DNA of 64,000 bases from Eledone cirrhosa (taxonomy: Eukaryota), in assembly GCA_964016885.1 (NCBI GenBank), contig OZ024742.1:110546001-110610000 (forward strand). The letters run 5' to 3'. The notes beneath the pieces are model-generated. The model searched no databases and was not told where the DNA came from. It saw only the letters and a program-made list of their open reading frames with translations. The position numbers and the translations under genes were made by a program. Numbering within the stretch: position 1 is the first letter of the stretch; every line of letters begins with the position of its first letter. Below, in pieces: positions 25,758-40,774 of this stretch.

Positions 25758-26056
25758 ATATATAAACAACTATCTGGTTGTGGAACCAACCAACCAACCA
25801 GAAATTTATAAGTTTGTAGATTTGTAAATTTATAAATTTATAAATATATAATAAATTGAAGTGAAAGCAACTGGTGCGTGTGTTTCTTATTGGCAACATG
25901 ACCCTCCCAAAGTATAACAATATGTATATATACATATACATATACATATACATATATGTATGTATATACATACACACATATATATATATATATATACATA
26001 CACACACATATATATATATATATACACGTTAGTATTTTCATATATATATATATACT

Positions 26057-26088
<32 letters not shown>

Positions 26089-26229
26089 CATATATATATA
26101 TAAATATATAAATATATATATATTTGTATATACATATATATCTTCAGCGCTATACTTTCGACCACTGGAAGAATGAATGAATCAACCAAACCCTGGCTTA
26201 TTTTGAGAATAGTAACACCAACACTCCTA

Positions 26230-27865
26230 TAGAAGGCTGGAGACTGTTAAAAGAACCACCTGGTAAGAAGAAGAGAAAGAATGAGGTACATATCCAAGAA
26301 GAAGAGTCCCCTTGTGACATGGAGGGAGCACTTTCACAAACTCTTATCAGCTGACAATAGTTGTGAGCCAGACGTAGTGATTGACTCAGTATTTGAAGTC
26401 CATCCAGAGATATGCTTCGCTGAATTCTTTATAGAAGAAGTGACAATGCACCAAAGGCAATTAATCCAAGCACAACTCTGAAGGCCGAACTATAGACCTA
26501 TGAAAACTACCCAAAGCTTGCAAGTTTCTAAGAGATTTATGCATCGAAACCTTTGAAGGCTTGAGGAATTGGGAATGTCCGGAAGAGTTCTAATACTCAA
26601 GAAAGGTGATTCCACCAATAACTACAGAAACATCAGTCTTACGCAAATTGCAGCAAAGACTTGCAATAGAATGATTCTGAATAGAACCAGACCACCTATC
26701 GTCAATATTTTACGTCCAGGCAAAATGGATTTCGACCAAATTGCTCTACTACCTCACTCATCTTGGATCCAAGAAGGATTGTTGACGAGGTTTAGAATCT
26801 CAAGAAGAAGGCAGCAATTGTATTCATAGATTTCTAGAATGCTTTTTATTAGATCGACCGAAAGAATATGCTTGAAATTCTTCTTGCGTATGGAACAACG
26901 CATCAGATTGTGAAAATAACTAAACTCATGTATGAGAATACTTCAGCACCCGAAAGAAACTCAGATCTATTCGCCATTGATACTGGAGTTCTCCAGGGAG
27001 ATCCTCTGGTCCTTTTCTTTTTTGTAGTATGCCTTTACTATACACTGCATAATGTCATTGCACCATCAGACCGGTTAACACGGAAAAGAAGGCAAAGTAG
27101 CTGACATCAGAAGGACGTTCTACTTGAATTGGCTTACGTTCACAACATAGGTCTCCTGGAAAACACTTGCAAAGAAGGGGACATGTTACACCGAGTTGAG
27201 GCTGCAGTGTAGTTAGTTAATTGGGGTTTATTGAATGCTGGCAAAACAAAATTCCTGGATCTCAACTCAACATCAAATGAACAAATGCAAGCGCTTGATG
27301 TTTCGGAGATTGGAGAAGTAGATGAACTTGTAATTTGGTAGTTCTATGAATAGAGAGTACGATTTGTACACCGGAATAGGCATGGCATGGGGCGGCTCCC
27401 AACCCCCTATCGAAGGTGTGGGTATCTTAGATCAAGGTAATAACGAAAATTGCAAGTCAAGCCGCTGCTATATGACTATTCAAAGCAACGATTTAGTCCA
27501 TGCTCCACTACGGATGGAAATTAACAAAAACACCCACAAAGAGGATTAATGGCAGATTTACTCGAATTCTGATAAAGGTCAAGAGCGTCACCAGGAAAAC
27601 TTACGTTGCAAATAAATCGCTCTACGTTTCCCACCCTCACCTGTCTGACATCATTAGGTAATGGAGGCTCACATTAGCCGGATATGTGAAACGACACAAT
27701 GAACCTACTTGCAGTGTTATTTTCTGGAAACCAGATGTATGCAGACGAATTGGGAGACCAGCCACCATACTGAAGGATGTTCTTAAAGATGACACTAGGT
27801 CAGAGGCAAATGAACTTCAGAGGGCAATGCTGGACAAGGGGAGCTGGAGAAGGAACTTCCTCATG
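26230..27865 (+). mobile_element. Degraded RTE-like LINE, RT domain to 3' end
   Basis: TWREHFHKLL, KKGDSTNNYRNISLTQIAAK, VFIDF*NAF, TGVLQGDPL and RRIGRPAT across frameshifted ORFs. Confidence 0.85.
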
Positions 27866-27878
27866 CGCATATATATAT

Positions 27879-27913
<35 letters not shown>

Positions 27914-27919
27914 CATGTA

Positions 27920-27962
<43 letters not shown>

Positions 27963-27969
27963 TACAGTC

Positions 27970-28330
27970 ATATAGGTTACAGTCATCTGTACAGTAAGAT
28001 CATAATTGCAGCGACACTGGTGTACTATTCTAAACCTAAACAAATATGTCATACACCAACTGCTCGACCCTATTTCCACAACATACTAGCATTTCCTCCG
28101 TAGGTATGATATCTACACCTGGAGCTTTACTTATATATAACTGATTTAATTAAGCATCAAACTCCTCTGTAGATGAAATATTCAATTCTTCGGCAATGTC
28201 AAATTGGTGTCAATTCTCTATTATAGTAGCACCCACCATAGATGGAATAAATCCCTATATTCCCTGATAAGAATGTCCCCATCTTTAGACCCGAGAAGTG
28301 TCACATTGGACACATGACTCCCACAAACCT
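27970..28330 (-). mobile_element. LINE RT N-terminal relic
   Basis: Minus strand EELNISSTEEFDA*LNQLYISKAPGVDIIPTE, matching the KAPGxDxIP motif. Confidence 0.55.
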
Positions 28331-28486
28331 GTTCAACCGAACTGTATATATATATAACCACTCTGGCTGTATATATATCTATATATCTATATATTGTTAT
28401 ATATATATATATATGGAAAAAATGAAACGGAATTTCATTTCTCACTCTTAGTACGGCTGTTACTTAAATATAAGTATGTATACATA

Positions 28487-28569
<83 letters not shown>

Positions 28570-28610
28570 AAATAAATAAGTCAAATGTTTAAAATTTGGC
28601 TTCGTTTATT

Positions 28611-28665
28611 ACTGCTATATATATTTCGGTGACAGCCATCTTTGGCTGTGACCTCTTCGGGCAGT
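28611..28665 (-). ncRNA. Minimal type I hammerhead candidate (CCGAAGA core) at a PLE-like 3' end abutting (TA)n
   Basis: ACTGC-CCGAAGA-GGTC-ACAGCCA-AAGA-TGGCTGT-CACC-GAAA-TATA-TA-TA-GCAGT-AATAAA. Confidence 0.65.
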
Positions 28666-29039
28666 CCGAATTAGTGTGGTAGAGACGAGTACACATGTTG
28701 TTGAGGTATTTAACTTTGTCAATACGCTGATATGCCCAGTTCCTGGTTGGGTTGTTATTTCACTGAGGAACTGGAATCATATGAATTTAAACAAACGAAT
28801 TTCAGCGTCAAAGGACATCTTCTCCTCTCATTGGTCAGTTGTTAGAACATTCCTCAGTCAAAAGTCTATAGAAATTTTTTCTGGGGTGAGGCTCCATGTA
28901 GTGTTTGTATTTGCTATTATTAAGTACCTCTGACCTCTACCCTTATTTTGGTAGTGTTGTTGGTGTTATGGTCAGCCTATGTCTTGCTGCTGCTGACATT
29001 TAAAAGTATCTGTGTGTGTGTTTCTTCATCCCTCCTGCC

Positions 29040-29236
29040 ACCATCTCCCGTGAATCTTGCCACAAGAAGTGAATGGAGAAAGGCAATGGTCGATACACCT
29101 AGACACCAGTGACTTCGCAACTCAATTCTGCAGCTGAGTGAAATAAAGTGTCTTGCTCAATTATTCAAAAACACAAGTCCGAGAATCGAACTCACAACCT
29201 CGTGATTGTAAACCCAATCCTCTAACCACTCTGGCT
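29040..29236 (-). mobile_element. tRNA-derived SINE (second family)
   Basis: Reverse complement has A-box AGTGGTTAGAG, B-box GAGTTCGATTCTC and TTGAGCAAGACACTTT. Confidence 0.7.
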
Positions 29237-31034
29237 ATATATATATATATATACACACTTTATTTCACGCAGCTGCAGAATTGAGTTGCGATGTCACTGG
29301 TGTCTAGGTGTATCGACCATTGCCTTTCTCTTGCCATGGCAAGATTCATGGACTTCAAATTTGTTTTTCTGTAATCTATAGAAAAAGAACTTGTTTAAGT
29401 TTTGCATTCAATATAGTTTTCCACAAGCAACCTTGCCCGGACTTGTTCCTCGGTACATATCCCATGGTCATTAATGACTGAAGGGAGACTTTACTCTACA
29501 TATCGATTAAAAAAAAAGAGGCATGACTTCATGACTATGTGTGTGTGTGCGTGTGAAGTGTTTGTGTGTAAGTATGATTGTATTTATATATGCATGTATA
29601 TATGTGTGTTTGTGTAAGGCCGCTCTGATGGTCGATGGCTTAACCGAGACGGGTACTTCTTATTCGTCATGACGTAGATTGTTAGAAACACAACAGCACC
29701 AAAAGAAAACCTATAATAAAGTTTGGTTGGATCCACGGTATGGTTGTCAATAGCTTTTCTGTGCCAGCAGCTAGAAATGTTAATCATAACAGGAATTTGG
29801 GGTGGGGCTCAGAAGCGCCGGAACGAATCCCGCAAGCATTCGTTTTGACGCTGCAATGCTCTTGCCAATATACTGATATTATGGACAATAAATTGCGAAA
29901 GTTACATAAATGTATATACTTCAAGAACATATCTAAACTAAAATAAAGGATAGTCAAGTATATGTTTGAAATATGTTTGAAATACTGTTAAATGCAAAAC
30001 TTAAGCTTTTTTCCATAGATTACAGAACAAAAATCCGAAGTACATGAATGTTGCCACTTCTCTTTAGACATAGATATGGTTGGCCTTTGGTTTGAATATA
30101 TTCAATGTTGATATCTGACTCAGGGAGCCAACGTTTGAGTATTACAGCACCGTGAAATAAAAACTGCGATAGATATTTAATGTATAATTCAAGAGGTGGG
30201 TAAAGGGAGTGAAAGAGGAGTTTATATCGTGTTTTTGGTCATGGTATATGTAGCTAGCTTAATCAGATAGTAAAATGTAGCGAATACCCGAATTGTTGTT
30301 TCTGTGTTACTATTACATAGAATCGTTTAAGTGGCTTGGGTGTGCACCAGTTTTATTAAAATATTAAAACGCATCAAGTATTCAATCGTTACCAAGTTAC
30401 ATGCAAAATGCTAATTATTGCGATATTGATATTGGCAGTGATTTTAAATCTATAGAGTTTTAAAAGGAGATGTAATATATTTTTTCTTCTTGCTCATTAG
30501 TTGGGGGATAGAATTAATCAGAAATAGAAGGCTGTCATCCATGTCGTTTTTCATTTATCACAGAGTAACGTGTTTCTTTAAAATTGAATATGTACATATT
30601 CCCCTAAATATTGTATGATAATTTTTTTATTTCTCGTAGTTTGCTGTTTTAGTTTACTTTCATTTATTCTATTTTTGGAATTAATAAGAACAGATCCTCA
30701 ACAACAGCTTGTGGTAGAATATTCGTAGGTGGGCATTTGTTAGATATAAATCCTTTTCTGAAGTTATACAAAACAATATGTATAAGGATTTGTTTTCTAA
30801 TTTATAATTAAATAATACGCCTTATATTTATGGTTTACCTGTTTTTGTTTCTTTTTGTACCTTTCATTTTTCGTTGTTGCTCTAAGCAAAACAACAAGCA
30901 CAATTTATATTCTTTACTTAATGGTTAATGAATTCATATGCAGTTATAATTTTAGCGCATTCGATCATTTTCAACGTTATCATATACTCTGCTGGATTTC
31001 ACTACACATATGAATAAAGCACTTTGTTTGTATG

Positions 31035-31899
31035 TTCTGGTTTTATAATTTCACAAATTTTTTCCCAATAGAGAGAGAGTCGGTTTCTAACATAGACACA
31101 AGACTCTCTCACTGGAATTTACACAACATCAACTAGGTACATTATGTATGCATGCATGTGTAGATATGGATGTTATTGTATGTGTGGATGTGTATGTTTT
31201 GAGTTGTATGTGTGCATGTGTATATGCTTTGTATCTGTACATGTGTATATGCAGTTATTAGATGCAAACTATTTGGAATGTTTTACATATTTTTAATGTA
31301 ATTTTACTTGTAATTTCCTAACTAGTTGTGTTCTTTCTGTTCCTGTGAAGCCTAGCTTTTTAAGGTTTGTATTGAGGCAGTTACTAACATAATAATCACA
31401 GGCATAAACCCAGTGCCCCAATAATCACAGGCATAAATCTGAAGGTGTAATCAGGGTGGTGTATCTGCAGATTTCTCATCAGTTCTGCATAAATATTCTC
31501 CTTTTCGCTAATCTTTGATATTATATTGGCATCTGCTGGGCAGCTAATTTCCACTACTGTGCATGCTTTCTTCTCCCTGTCCCATATCATAATATCTGGT
31601 CTGTTATGCCTGCATTTTATTGGGGTTCTTACTGGAACATTCCACCAGTACTCTTTCATATTATGTACATGGATGTCTTCCACATTGCTGTAGCTTTTAA
31701 TGTGTTTATTATCGGGGCTATCTTTTTTACGAACTGCATTGTACAGTGTTTTGGCCACTACATCACGCCTCATAGGTAGATAGTACCGCGATGGCATCTT
31801 TGGACAGCTGCTGATGACATGGGTGATATCCTCGATGTTAGTTCTGCAGAGTCTGCACTTGTTATCACATCTAGGTGTTTGGTCTGCATCCCTATCTCT
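31035..31899 (-). mobile_element. 5'-truncated R4/Dong-like non-LTR element (CCHC + restriction-like endonuclease)
   Basis: [14 protein letters not shown]...R(H)DVV...[10 protein letters not shown]...VVEISCPAD...PVIIGALG, flanked by TATG repeats. Confidence 0.85.
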
Positions 31900-31920
31900 G
31901 TATGTATGTATGTATGTATG

Positions 31921-32436
31921 TTTTCTCTTTCTCTTAATTTCGAGTATATTTTTTTGACCGGCCACCTTCCTGGTGGCAAGGTTGTAAAAGAAAAGAAATT
32001 GTCATCCCTTGAATCGCAAGAATGTTTTGCAAATTTTGAAGGTGCCAACTATCGCAGCCATTTGTAGACTATGAATTAGGGAGCTGCGCCTTTTGTCCGC
32101 AAATCCAAGTTCAGACATACTTTGGTCCAAGCGGGTTGGTATATAACCCGTAGCACCAATAATGATGGTATGAAGCTAAAGGTGTATCTTGGATACTGGA
32201 TTTGTAAACTCCTCATGAATGGTCCGTAGATGTCCTCCTCCTCCTGTATTTTTCTGACAACATTTACATCAAGTGGGCAGCTGATCTCCACAACAGAACA
32301 CGTTTTCAATGTGTGGTCCCAAACTACAATATCAGGCCGGTTGTGCTTTAATTTGGTGGCAGTTTTTATTTTCAGGTTCCACCAGTATTCCTTAGTGCCA
32401 TCTGTCTCAATATATTCTTCCTCGTTTGTTGTTAAT
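31921..32436 (-). mobile_element. Second, distinct R4/Dong-like family 3' fragment
   Basis: EYWWNLKIKTATKLKHNRPDIVVWD..VVEISCPLD...GTFKICKTFL, with a different 3' UTR and (TATG)n on both sides. Confidence 0.8.
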
Positions 32437-32484
32437 TATGTATGTATGTATGTATGTATGTATGTATGTATGTATGTATGTATG

Positions 32485-32512
<28 letters not shown>

Positions 32513-32515
<3 letters not shown>

Positions 32516-32807
32516 GGACCCCTAGCCTTTGTCAGGGCATTCTTCTAGGAGAAGGCAATTCAGGAAAATGGGGTAACTCCGATATAAAACCTGCGGCTCA
32601 GTAGTTACCGATGATGTTGATATTTTCTTCTTTTCGGGTTATAGCTACTGTCGCTCAGAGAGTGGGACTGGCTCAGTGCGCAGTCTTTTCTCACTTTAAA
32701 AAATATCTTCACGCACAGGCATTGCACGATAGAATTAATTAATAATTATTAATAATGGTATATTGTGCAATGGCCATACTCGATAACGAGGGGGCAGCCA
32801 TCATCAC
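32513..32807 (+). mobile_element. Short non-autonomous element with RTE 5'-UTR-like (Ceph-domain-like) body, ending in (TATG)n
   Basis: CTAGGAGAAGGCAA..., GAGAGTGGGACTGGCT..., ends GCAGCCATCATCAC-(GTAT)n. Related to the next two copies. Confidence 0.55.
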
Positions 32808-32875
32808 GTATGTATGTATGTATGTATGTATGTATGTATGTATGTATGTATGTATGTATGTATGTATGTATGTAT

Positions 32876-33288
32876 CCCGGGAGAGATGACCCCTTAGCCT
32901 TTGTCAAGGCAGAATTCTAGGAGAAGGAAAACTCTGATATAACACCTGCAACCCTGATGGTATCCAATGATGTTGACTTGTGCTTCTTTTTGGTAAATAT
33001 CATCTTGGTTAAGAGAGTGGGACTGGCTTTGTGCAGTGCCTTTGCTCATTATAAAAGCTTCACAGCACAGGCATTGCTTTATATCTGGAGATCTCTCTGC
33101 ACTTGTCGTTACATGGTACCATGGGCCCAGCACTATGTGTCAATAATTGTCACAGGTGTAGTGTTTGTACCAGAGTTTTCATGTCGCAGGCTGGACTAAA
33201 AAGTCACACTCGTTCAGCGCATTGGTAGGGGTTCTCCTACATGGATGTAAAGTAGTGGCCGTACTCGAAAACGAGTTGGCAGCCACCA
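32876..33288 (+). mobile_element. Same superfamily, truncated copy
   Basis: Closely similar to 33568-33979 and contains CTAGGAGAAGGAAAACTCTGAT. Confidence 0.65.
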
Positions 33289-33380
33289 TGTATTTATGTA
33301 TGTATGTATGTATGTATGTATGTATGTATGTATGTATGTATGTATGTATGTATGTATGTATGTATGTATGTATGTATGTA

Positions 33381-33979
33381 TAGTTGGTGCTACTGGTAAC
33401 ATGTATTCCAGTACAACCTGTCCCATGGTCGGGTCGTTGGCGATTAAACTGGCAACCTCACCAAGGTTTCTTGGTGAGGAGGGTGACTTTGGACATCCTG
33501 CAGGACTAAAAACAAAACCTGTCAAAGGGCAAAGGAGCTCTTAAGCGTCAATGGCCATCCAAAATCATCGGGAGAGATGATCCCTTAGCCTTTGTCAAGG
33601 CAGAATTCTAGGAGAAGGAAAACTCTGATATAACACCTGCAACCCTGATGGTATCCAATGATGTTGACTTGTTCTTCTTTTTGGTAAATATCATCTTGGT
33701 TAAGAGAGTGGGACTGGCTTTGTGCAGTGCCTTTGCTCACTATAAAACCTTCACGGCACAGGCATTGCTTCATATCTCGAGATCTCTCTGCACTTGTCAT
33801 CACATGGTACCATAGGCCCAGCACTATGCGTCAATAATTGTCACAAGTGTAGTGTTTGTCCCAGAGTTTTCAAGTCGCTGGCTGGACTAAGAAACCACAC
33901 TCGTTCAGCGCATCGGTAGAGGTTCTCCCACATGGATATAAAATAGTGGCTGTAGTCGAAAACGAGTTGGCAGCCACCA
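33381..33979 (+). mobile_element. Same superfamily, longest copy
   Basis: Extra 5' region with hairpin CCTCACCAAG-gtttc-TTGGTGAGG. Ends GCAGCCACCA-(TGTA)n. Confidence 0.65.
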
Positions 33980-34635
33980 TGTATGTATGTATGTATGTAT
34001 GTATGTATGTATGTATGTATGTATGTATGTATGTATGTATGTATGTATGTATGTATGTATGTATGAGTGTGCATATGTATGTATATTACGAGTAGGCATA
34101 CTACTCGTAGATGTTCGGAAAACATGAACCCCTCCAAGCACGTACCTATCTTTCGCGCGAAATGGTGATGCAAATTTTCTGTAAATCTTTCCAATTTACA
34201 GAATATGCTGCAAACATTAGATGCTTGTTCCCGACAAGGACTGCAATCGATATCATCGATTCCCAACTAAAAAGAAACAAGAAAATGTCCCCAAAAGAAA
34301 CAAACAAACGTGTGACCTTGTGCCTATGTTAGAAATCAACACCATATCTATTGTACGATCATTTTTCCTAACACTGCGAGGGAAAACGGTAGCGTCAATA
34401 AATTATCAAGTGCTGGGGACATGCATCAACATTATCAGGAAAACTGTCAAAGAAGATTAGATTAGCAACACCAATAAAGAGATAACCAAAAACAGCTAGT
34501 GCCTATCTGATTTAATAAAGGAAGGAAAAGGATGAGAAATGTACTGTCATTTTGCTTTCCATTATATTCGATCAAAGACTAAGAATTCTTCAGTATTGTT
34601 AAATGACAAAGAGAGAGAGAGAAGGAGAGAGAGAT

Positions 34636-34686
<51 letters not shown>

Positions 34687-35068
34687 TATGGTCAGTGAAA
34701 TGTGACTGCTGAGTAAAAAAGGAAAAAAGTGATTAAGGCAGAGGTCCTGTTCTATAGAAGACAGAAGTTGAAGAACATGATCACGGTAGAAGGATAGGTG
34801 CAGAATGAGAAACTGTTATGTCAATGAAAAATAATGTGAAAAATGAATTAGAAGTAGAATAGATGAAGGAAGAAGAGGAAGCACAAAAAAGGACACATTA
34901 TAGAAAAATATTACAATATAACAAGAATATGAACTGGAAAAAATTGAAATCAGATGTGAAGAAAAAACCACTGATGAAAAGGAAAGGTGAAGAAGTGGGA
35001 GGAGAAAAGGAGTAAGAAAAAATACACATTGTAATAGTATTATTATTACTATTATTATTGAATTATGA

Positions 35069-35720
35069 GAGTGGAGATTGACAGTATCGGTAAATCGACG
35101 GACACCATATTTCGCGCCATAGAGTTATAGTTCTTTACATTATCTGAGTTCAAATTCCATCAAGGTGAGCTTTGCCCTTCATCTTTACGGGGTCGATAAA
35201 ATAAAGTACCAGTCACTCACTGGGGTCGATTTAATCGACTTACCCCTTTACTCAAATTGATGGCTTTGTGCCTAAATCAGAAACCATTATTGTTATTGAA
35301 TTATAAGAGCTCTATCGGTAGAGCGTCGGACAACATGCTTTGAGGCAAAGAATTACAGCCTTTTACGTGCTGAGTTCAAATTCCGCCAAGGTGAGCTTTG
35401 CCTTTCATCCTTTCGGGGTTGATAAAATAAAGTTCCAATAATGCATTGGGATCGATTTAATCGGCCCCCCTCCCACCATATTGTTGGCTTTGCGCCTAAA
35501 TCAGAGACCGTTAATATTATTAGTAGTACATCTGAAAGGATGAAAGACAATGTCAATCTCAATGCAATTTGAATTTGGAACGAAAATATCTGGAGCAAAA
35601 CATTTATTTGATGCAATTATTATTCGACCAATTCGCTAACGATGTTACATATTTTAGGCACAAGGCCTGCAGTTTAGGGGAGAGAGGAAAATCGATTAGA
35701 TTTACTTCAATATTGAATTG
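35069..35720. mobile_element. Cluster of three Meta-domain SINEs (35069-35290 +, 35310-35520 +, 35530-35720 -)
   Basis: GAGTTCAAATTCC..AAGGTGAGCTTTGCC.TTCATC.TT.CGGGGT.GATAAAATAAAGT in the first two, and a degenerate reverse copy third. Confidence 0.75.
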
Positions 35721-36149
35721 ATACTATATCTTTTCGAGTCCATTGATGTCCACCGTCAAATCCGCAAATAGTTTCGGCTAAATGTCACTGAAAGACTGAA
35801 TACAACTGCTACAAATCTCAAAGTAGGCACCGGATTACACCCACCTATGTAAAGTTTGGCTTTTTTACAGTACCGCGGCTCTTCCAATTACGGCAATCAA
35901 ATAGCTTCTGCTTCCTCAGGTTTCAGAGGATGCGTCCTTAAACGAACAACAAATCATTCGTATTTCACAAAGAAAAGTTATTAAGTGTTATTGGTTACAC
36001 AGTCTTGATATCTACAATAAAAAGTGTGTTGCATCCTGAAAACTAAAGGTATTTTTTCTGAAAAATATTTAATTGACTGTAACTAACTACTCGGAAATGT
36101 TACAACATACACTTTCCCTATTTGTCAACATAATGACAATTATGTTAAA

Positions 36150-37330
36150 CTACCACTTGTTGGCAGCAGACGGATCTTCTGATCAGTAGAACGCGTCAAT
36201 TCTACAAAAGGTGAAAGAGAAGATACTTCTCTAAGATGCATCACACGAGGTGGAAGTTGAAATAAATATACCAGGTCAGGATTGCGCACGTCATCGCCTT
36301 CCCGACCGCACCCTCGGTGACAAGCGCCGACCTCCTTCATAGCACATTGGACAAAATCTTAAACTCTCTGTTGAACAGAGTAATCGGCCGAAAGTTCTCA
36401 GTTATATCCCACTTGTTCGCATCTTTCCTTCTCAGTGATACTATTCTGCAGCTCATCGAACTGAACATTTTCCGGTTCTGCTGTCAGTTATTGTGGACAG
36501 CTGTGAGGAAATTTACGTAATGTTCACAGGGCTGACCATTCAAACTAAGCTTTCTAGGTATTGTACAACCATGTAGAGTCATTCATATTCTTATCCACTT
36601 TTCGTGTCATTTCGCATCTTCTCTCACGGTAGGCCGTCGAGATAGGAACTACAGTCTCCCACTCGCCATAAACATTTGTGTATAGTGCTGTAAGAAAGCA
36701 GTACACATCTAATAGTAATTAAGAAGCACGCGTCTATCCTGGTCTACCAAATAACGAGTTGTTGCCTCACCGCGCCCCATCTTCTTGGAGCCATCAAACA
36801 GCTTTCAACGTCTTATGTCTCAGAGCAAGTGATTTAGCTCTGACAATGCAACTTTCGTGTTTCTCATTGAGGAGATTGACTAATGCTATTTTCAGAGCCA
36901 AACATCGGTTGCGATGTCACTTTCAACCTCTTCTATTCCATTTTTCCTATTGCTTCCGCTTTGATTCTAATCTAATCACTTTTGGGAGATTGCAGAACCA
37001 TTTATTGGTGATGATTGTCCTTGTCAACTGGCGTTTAACTATGATGCTAATCCAGTCCCTTTAGGTTTTACTTGACGGAAGGATGCGTTAAGCTTCCAAT
37101 AACCAGGTCTCTGTTTACGTGTTTTATCTATCATGCAGGTTATAAAGTTATGGAGTGGTTGCTTCATATCTACTTTGGCACGTTCGGGAAATCTTGTCAG
37201 TACATATCAGAATGTTGGAATCGCGAGGTCCATGCCTCTCCAAAACAGCACAGCCTCTCTTCTGCCCATTCCAGGCCGACTAAGAGAGGCATAGATCTCA
37301 ACCTCATCAAAAATGGGTGCTAGTCCGTAC
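36150..37330 (-). mobile_element. Possible highly degraded Ty3/gypsy integrase region
   Basis: Weak motifs only (PGMGRR..LFWRGMDLAI, HKTLK). Confidence 0.25.
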
Positions 37331-38691
37331 GCGTCTGTAATACTGACTTCACTGAGGTAATTGAGCTAATGAACTTACTTCCAGAGTGACACCAGACCAG
37401 CGTATTTATACATTATCTTGTCGGTGCTGTATTGGCAGGGAAGAGGGAGGAAGAAATGGAGGGTGCTAATTACTATCCTATTACTGCTGGAAATCGAATG
37501 ATTCGATCTTTATGTCCGTTTGGGGTTCCTTTAAGAAACCATTTAGGTGTCTAATACGAGCGTTGGTATTTGGGTCTCGAAAGTAACGTCGGAAAAATAT
37601 ACTTCATTGTTTTGTAGGATGCTATGTTCGACCTTACTATTATAAAACTTTGTGGCAACTTGAAAGTGCTCGTTTAAATATCTATGTCTCTTTTAATGTC
37701 CTTTCTTTTTTCTATGAGGGCCATCAATTCTTAGTTTTTCTCATAAGCTCAACGTTGAGAGTAAGTGTAGCTTGTGCTTCTGTGTCTGTGACTATGAACT
37801 AGTGTTGTTTTTGTGTATTTTCCTTTCGATCTAGCAAGTGCTTGCGATGGTGATGGTGTTGGATTTGGTGTTGTTGCGTATGAGTCTGTATTTGGTTTAG
37901 GTGTGATATTTGTGTTGTTTTCTATAGTGTGTTTTGGGTTGAGAGAAGTTGTGGTTTGGAATTGCTTCTGTGCTTTTTTGGATTTTTGTTTGATTTGAAG
38001 GCTGGTGCGTGTTTCAAAGATGGAGAGTGAGAAATAGGGAGGGGAAAAGCTCTGGTGGGGGTTCGATCTGAGGTTTTTTCTAGGTTCTCTAGGTTGAAAT
38101 GAAGCTGGTTCTCTTGGCGAATCTCAAATGATTTCTTCCGCTTAGTCTTCCTCCTGTCTTGGAGCGTGTCGAACTTTTCGAGGATAACGCAGATGAAGAT
38201 CCTCCAGATGTTCAAACCTGATGGTACCTCTGATATCCTTAGCTTGATAATCCTCAACGAAAATATGTGGGAAAGAGAACAAACACCTCGTTAGAACGGG
38301 GTATCACAGAGTTGTTGGGTGAGATCCTCATTTTTGTAGAGAATGTTTACAGTGGTATGCAGCCCTGCACTTGATACGTGGTCCATATCAAACCACATTT
38401 ATTTCAGAGCCTTCTCCACCTGAGCATATTCCTGCCATTTGTGCAAGTGGTACCTCTACCTCTCATTTTGACATGGACCAAATTTTTGTATCACAGTTGG
38501 CAAGTGATTGTGAGTATAATTCCCTTTGGGCATATGCAATGGCCGAAAAAGACGTTTGGGCTGTGATGTTCTTGGTTTTGATTTTATGTTTTTATCATTG
38601 TTGCTGCTGCTGTCGTTGTTGGTCATGTTCTCGTCTTTAGCGTTGTTGTTTTATTCTGTCGTCTGTAATGCTGTTATTATTCGGTTATTAC

Positions 38692-38848
38692 GCCATGCTT
38701 TGACGCATAGAGTTACGTCCCTTGCCATTCTGAGTTCAAATCCCGCCGAGGTTAACTTTGCCTTTCATCCTTACGGGGTCGATAAAATAAAGTACCAGTA
38801 ATGTACTGGGTAATTGCTGGCCTTGTGCCAATAGTAGAAACAATTATT
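38692..38848 (+). mobile_element. Meta-domain SINE, 5'-truncated
   Basis: Near-identical to 48144-48299. Confidence 0.8.
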
Positions 38849-39427
38849 CAATTATGACAGTGATGTGTTGGTATCAATGATATTATTTTCATTGGCACCT
38901 ACCGAAATTGTATTTTTCTTGACTATTCAAAACGGAAAACGTTTCGTTTTGCTCCGCTTTGTTTTGTTAACAGTGGTAAAAGTGATGAAAGCCTCTACAA
39001 ATGTTGAAATTGGTCAGGATTAAGGCAGAGATAGAACGATAAACTCGGTGTTAATCTTATTCTCCCTCCTCTATGTTGTTCTTTTTGAAATGGTAAATAT
39101 GCCATCTAGCAAAGTCTTTGACCTTACCCACAATATCTGGCAAATATTTCCTATAACAAACAGGAAGCAAGTGACAAAACTCAGGAACTCCAATGGCATC
39201 TACTCAATGTAAACAAGTACCAAAATAATAATAATAAAGAGAGAAACAAGGAAAGTAGTGAATTGCTCCAGGCTACCATCGGAAAGTAGTTACATATTAC
39301 ATTTAAGTAATTATAGAAAAACAACAATCCTTCCTCATAAAATATGGCCAATAGGAATTAAAAAGATGTATAACAGCCACTTATATAAGACACTCGAAAC
39401 CATGTATCGACACATCCACATACTTAA

Positions 39428-40774
<1,347 letters not shown>

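Noticed and set aside
28700-28960. Frame with several in-frame TGA codons (selenoprotein-type PLE)
   Set aside because: No recognisable RT or endonuclease motifs and no SECIS identified.
31900-34064. CRISPR-like alternation of repeats and spacers
   Set aside because: The repeats are variable-length microsatellites, the spacers are retroelement fragments, the context is eukaryotic and there are no cas genes.
37480-38570. Possible LINE ORF1 relic on the minus strand
   Set aside because: No diagnostic motif could be read.
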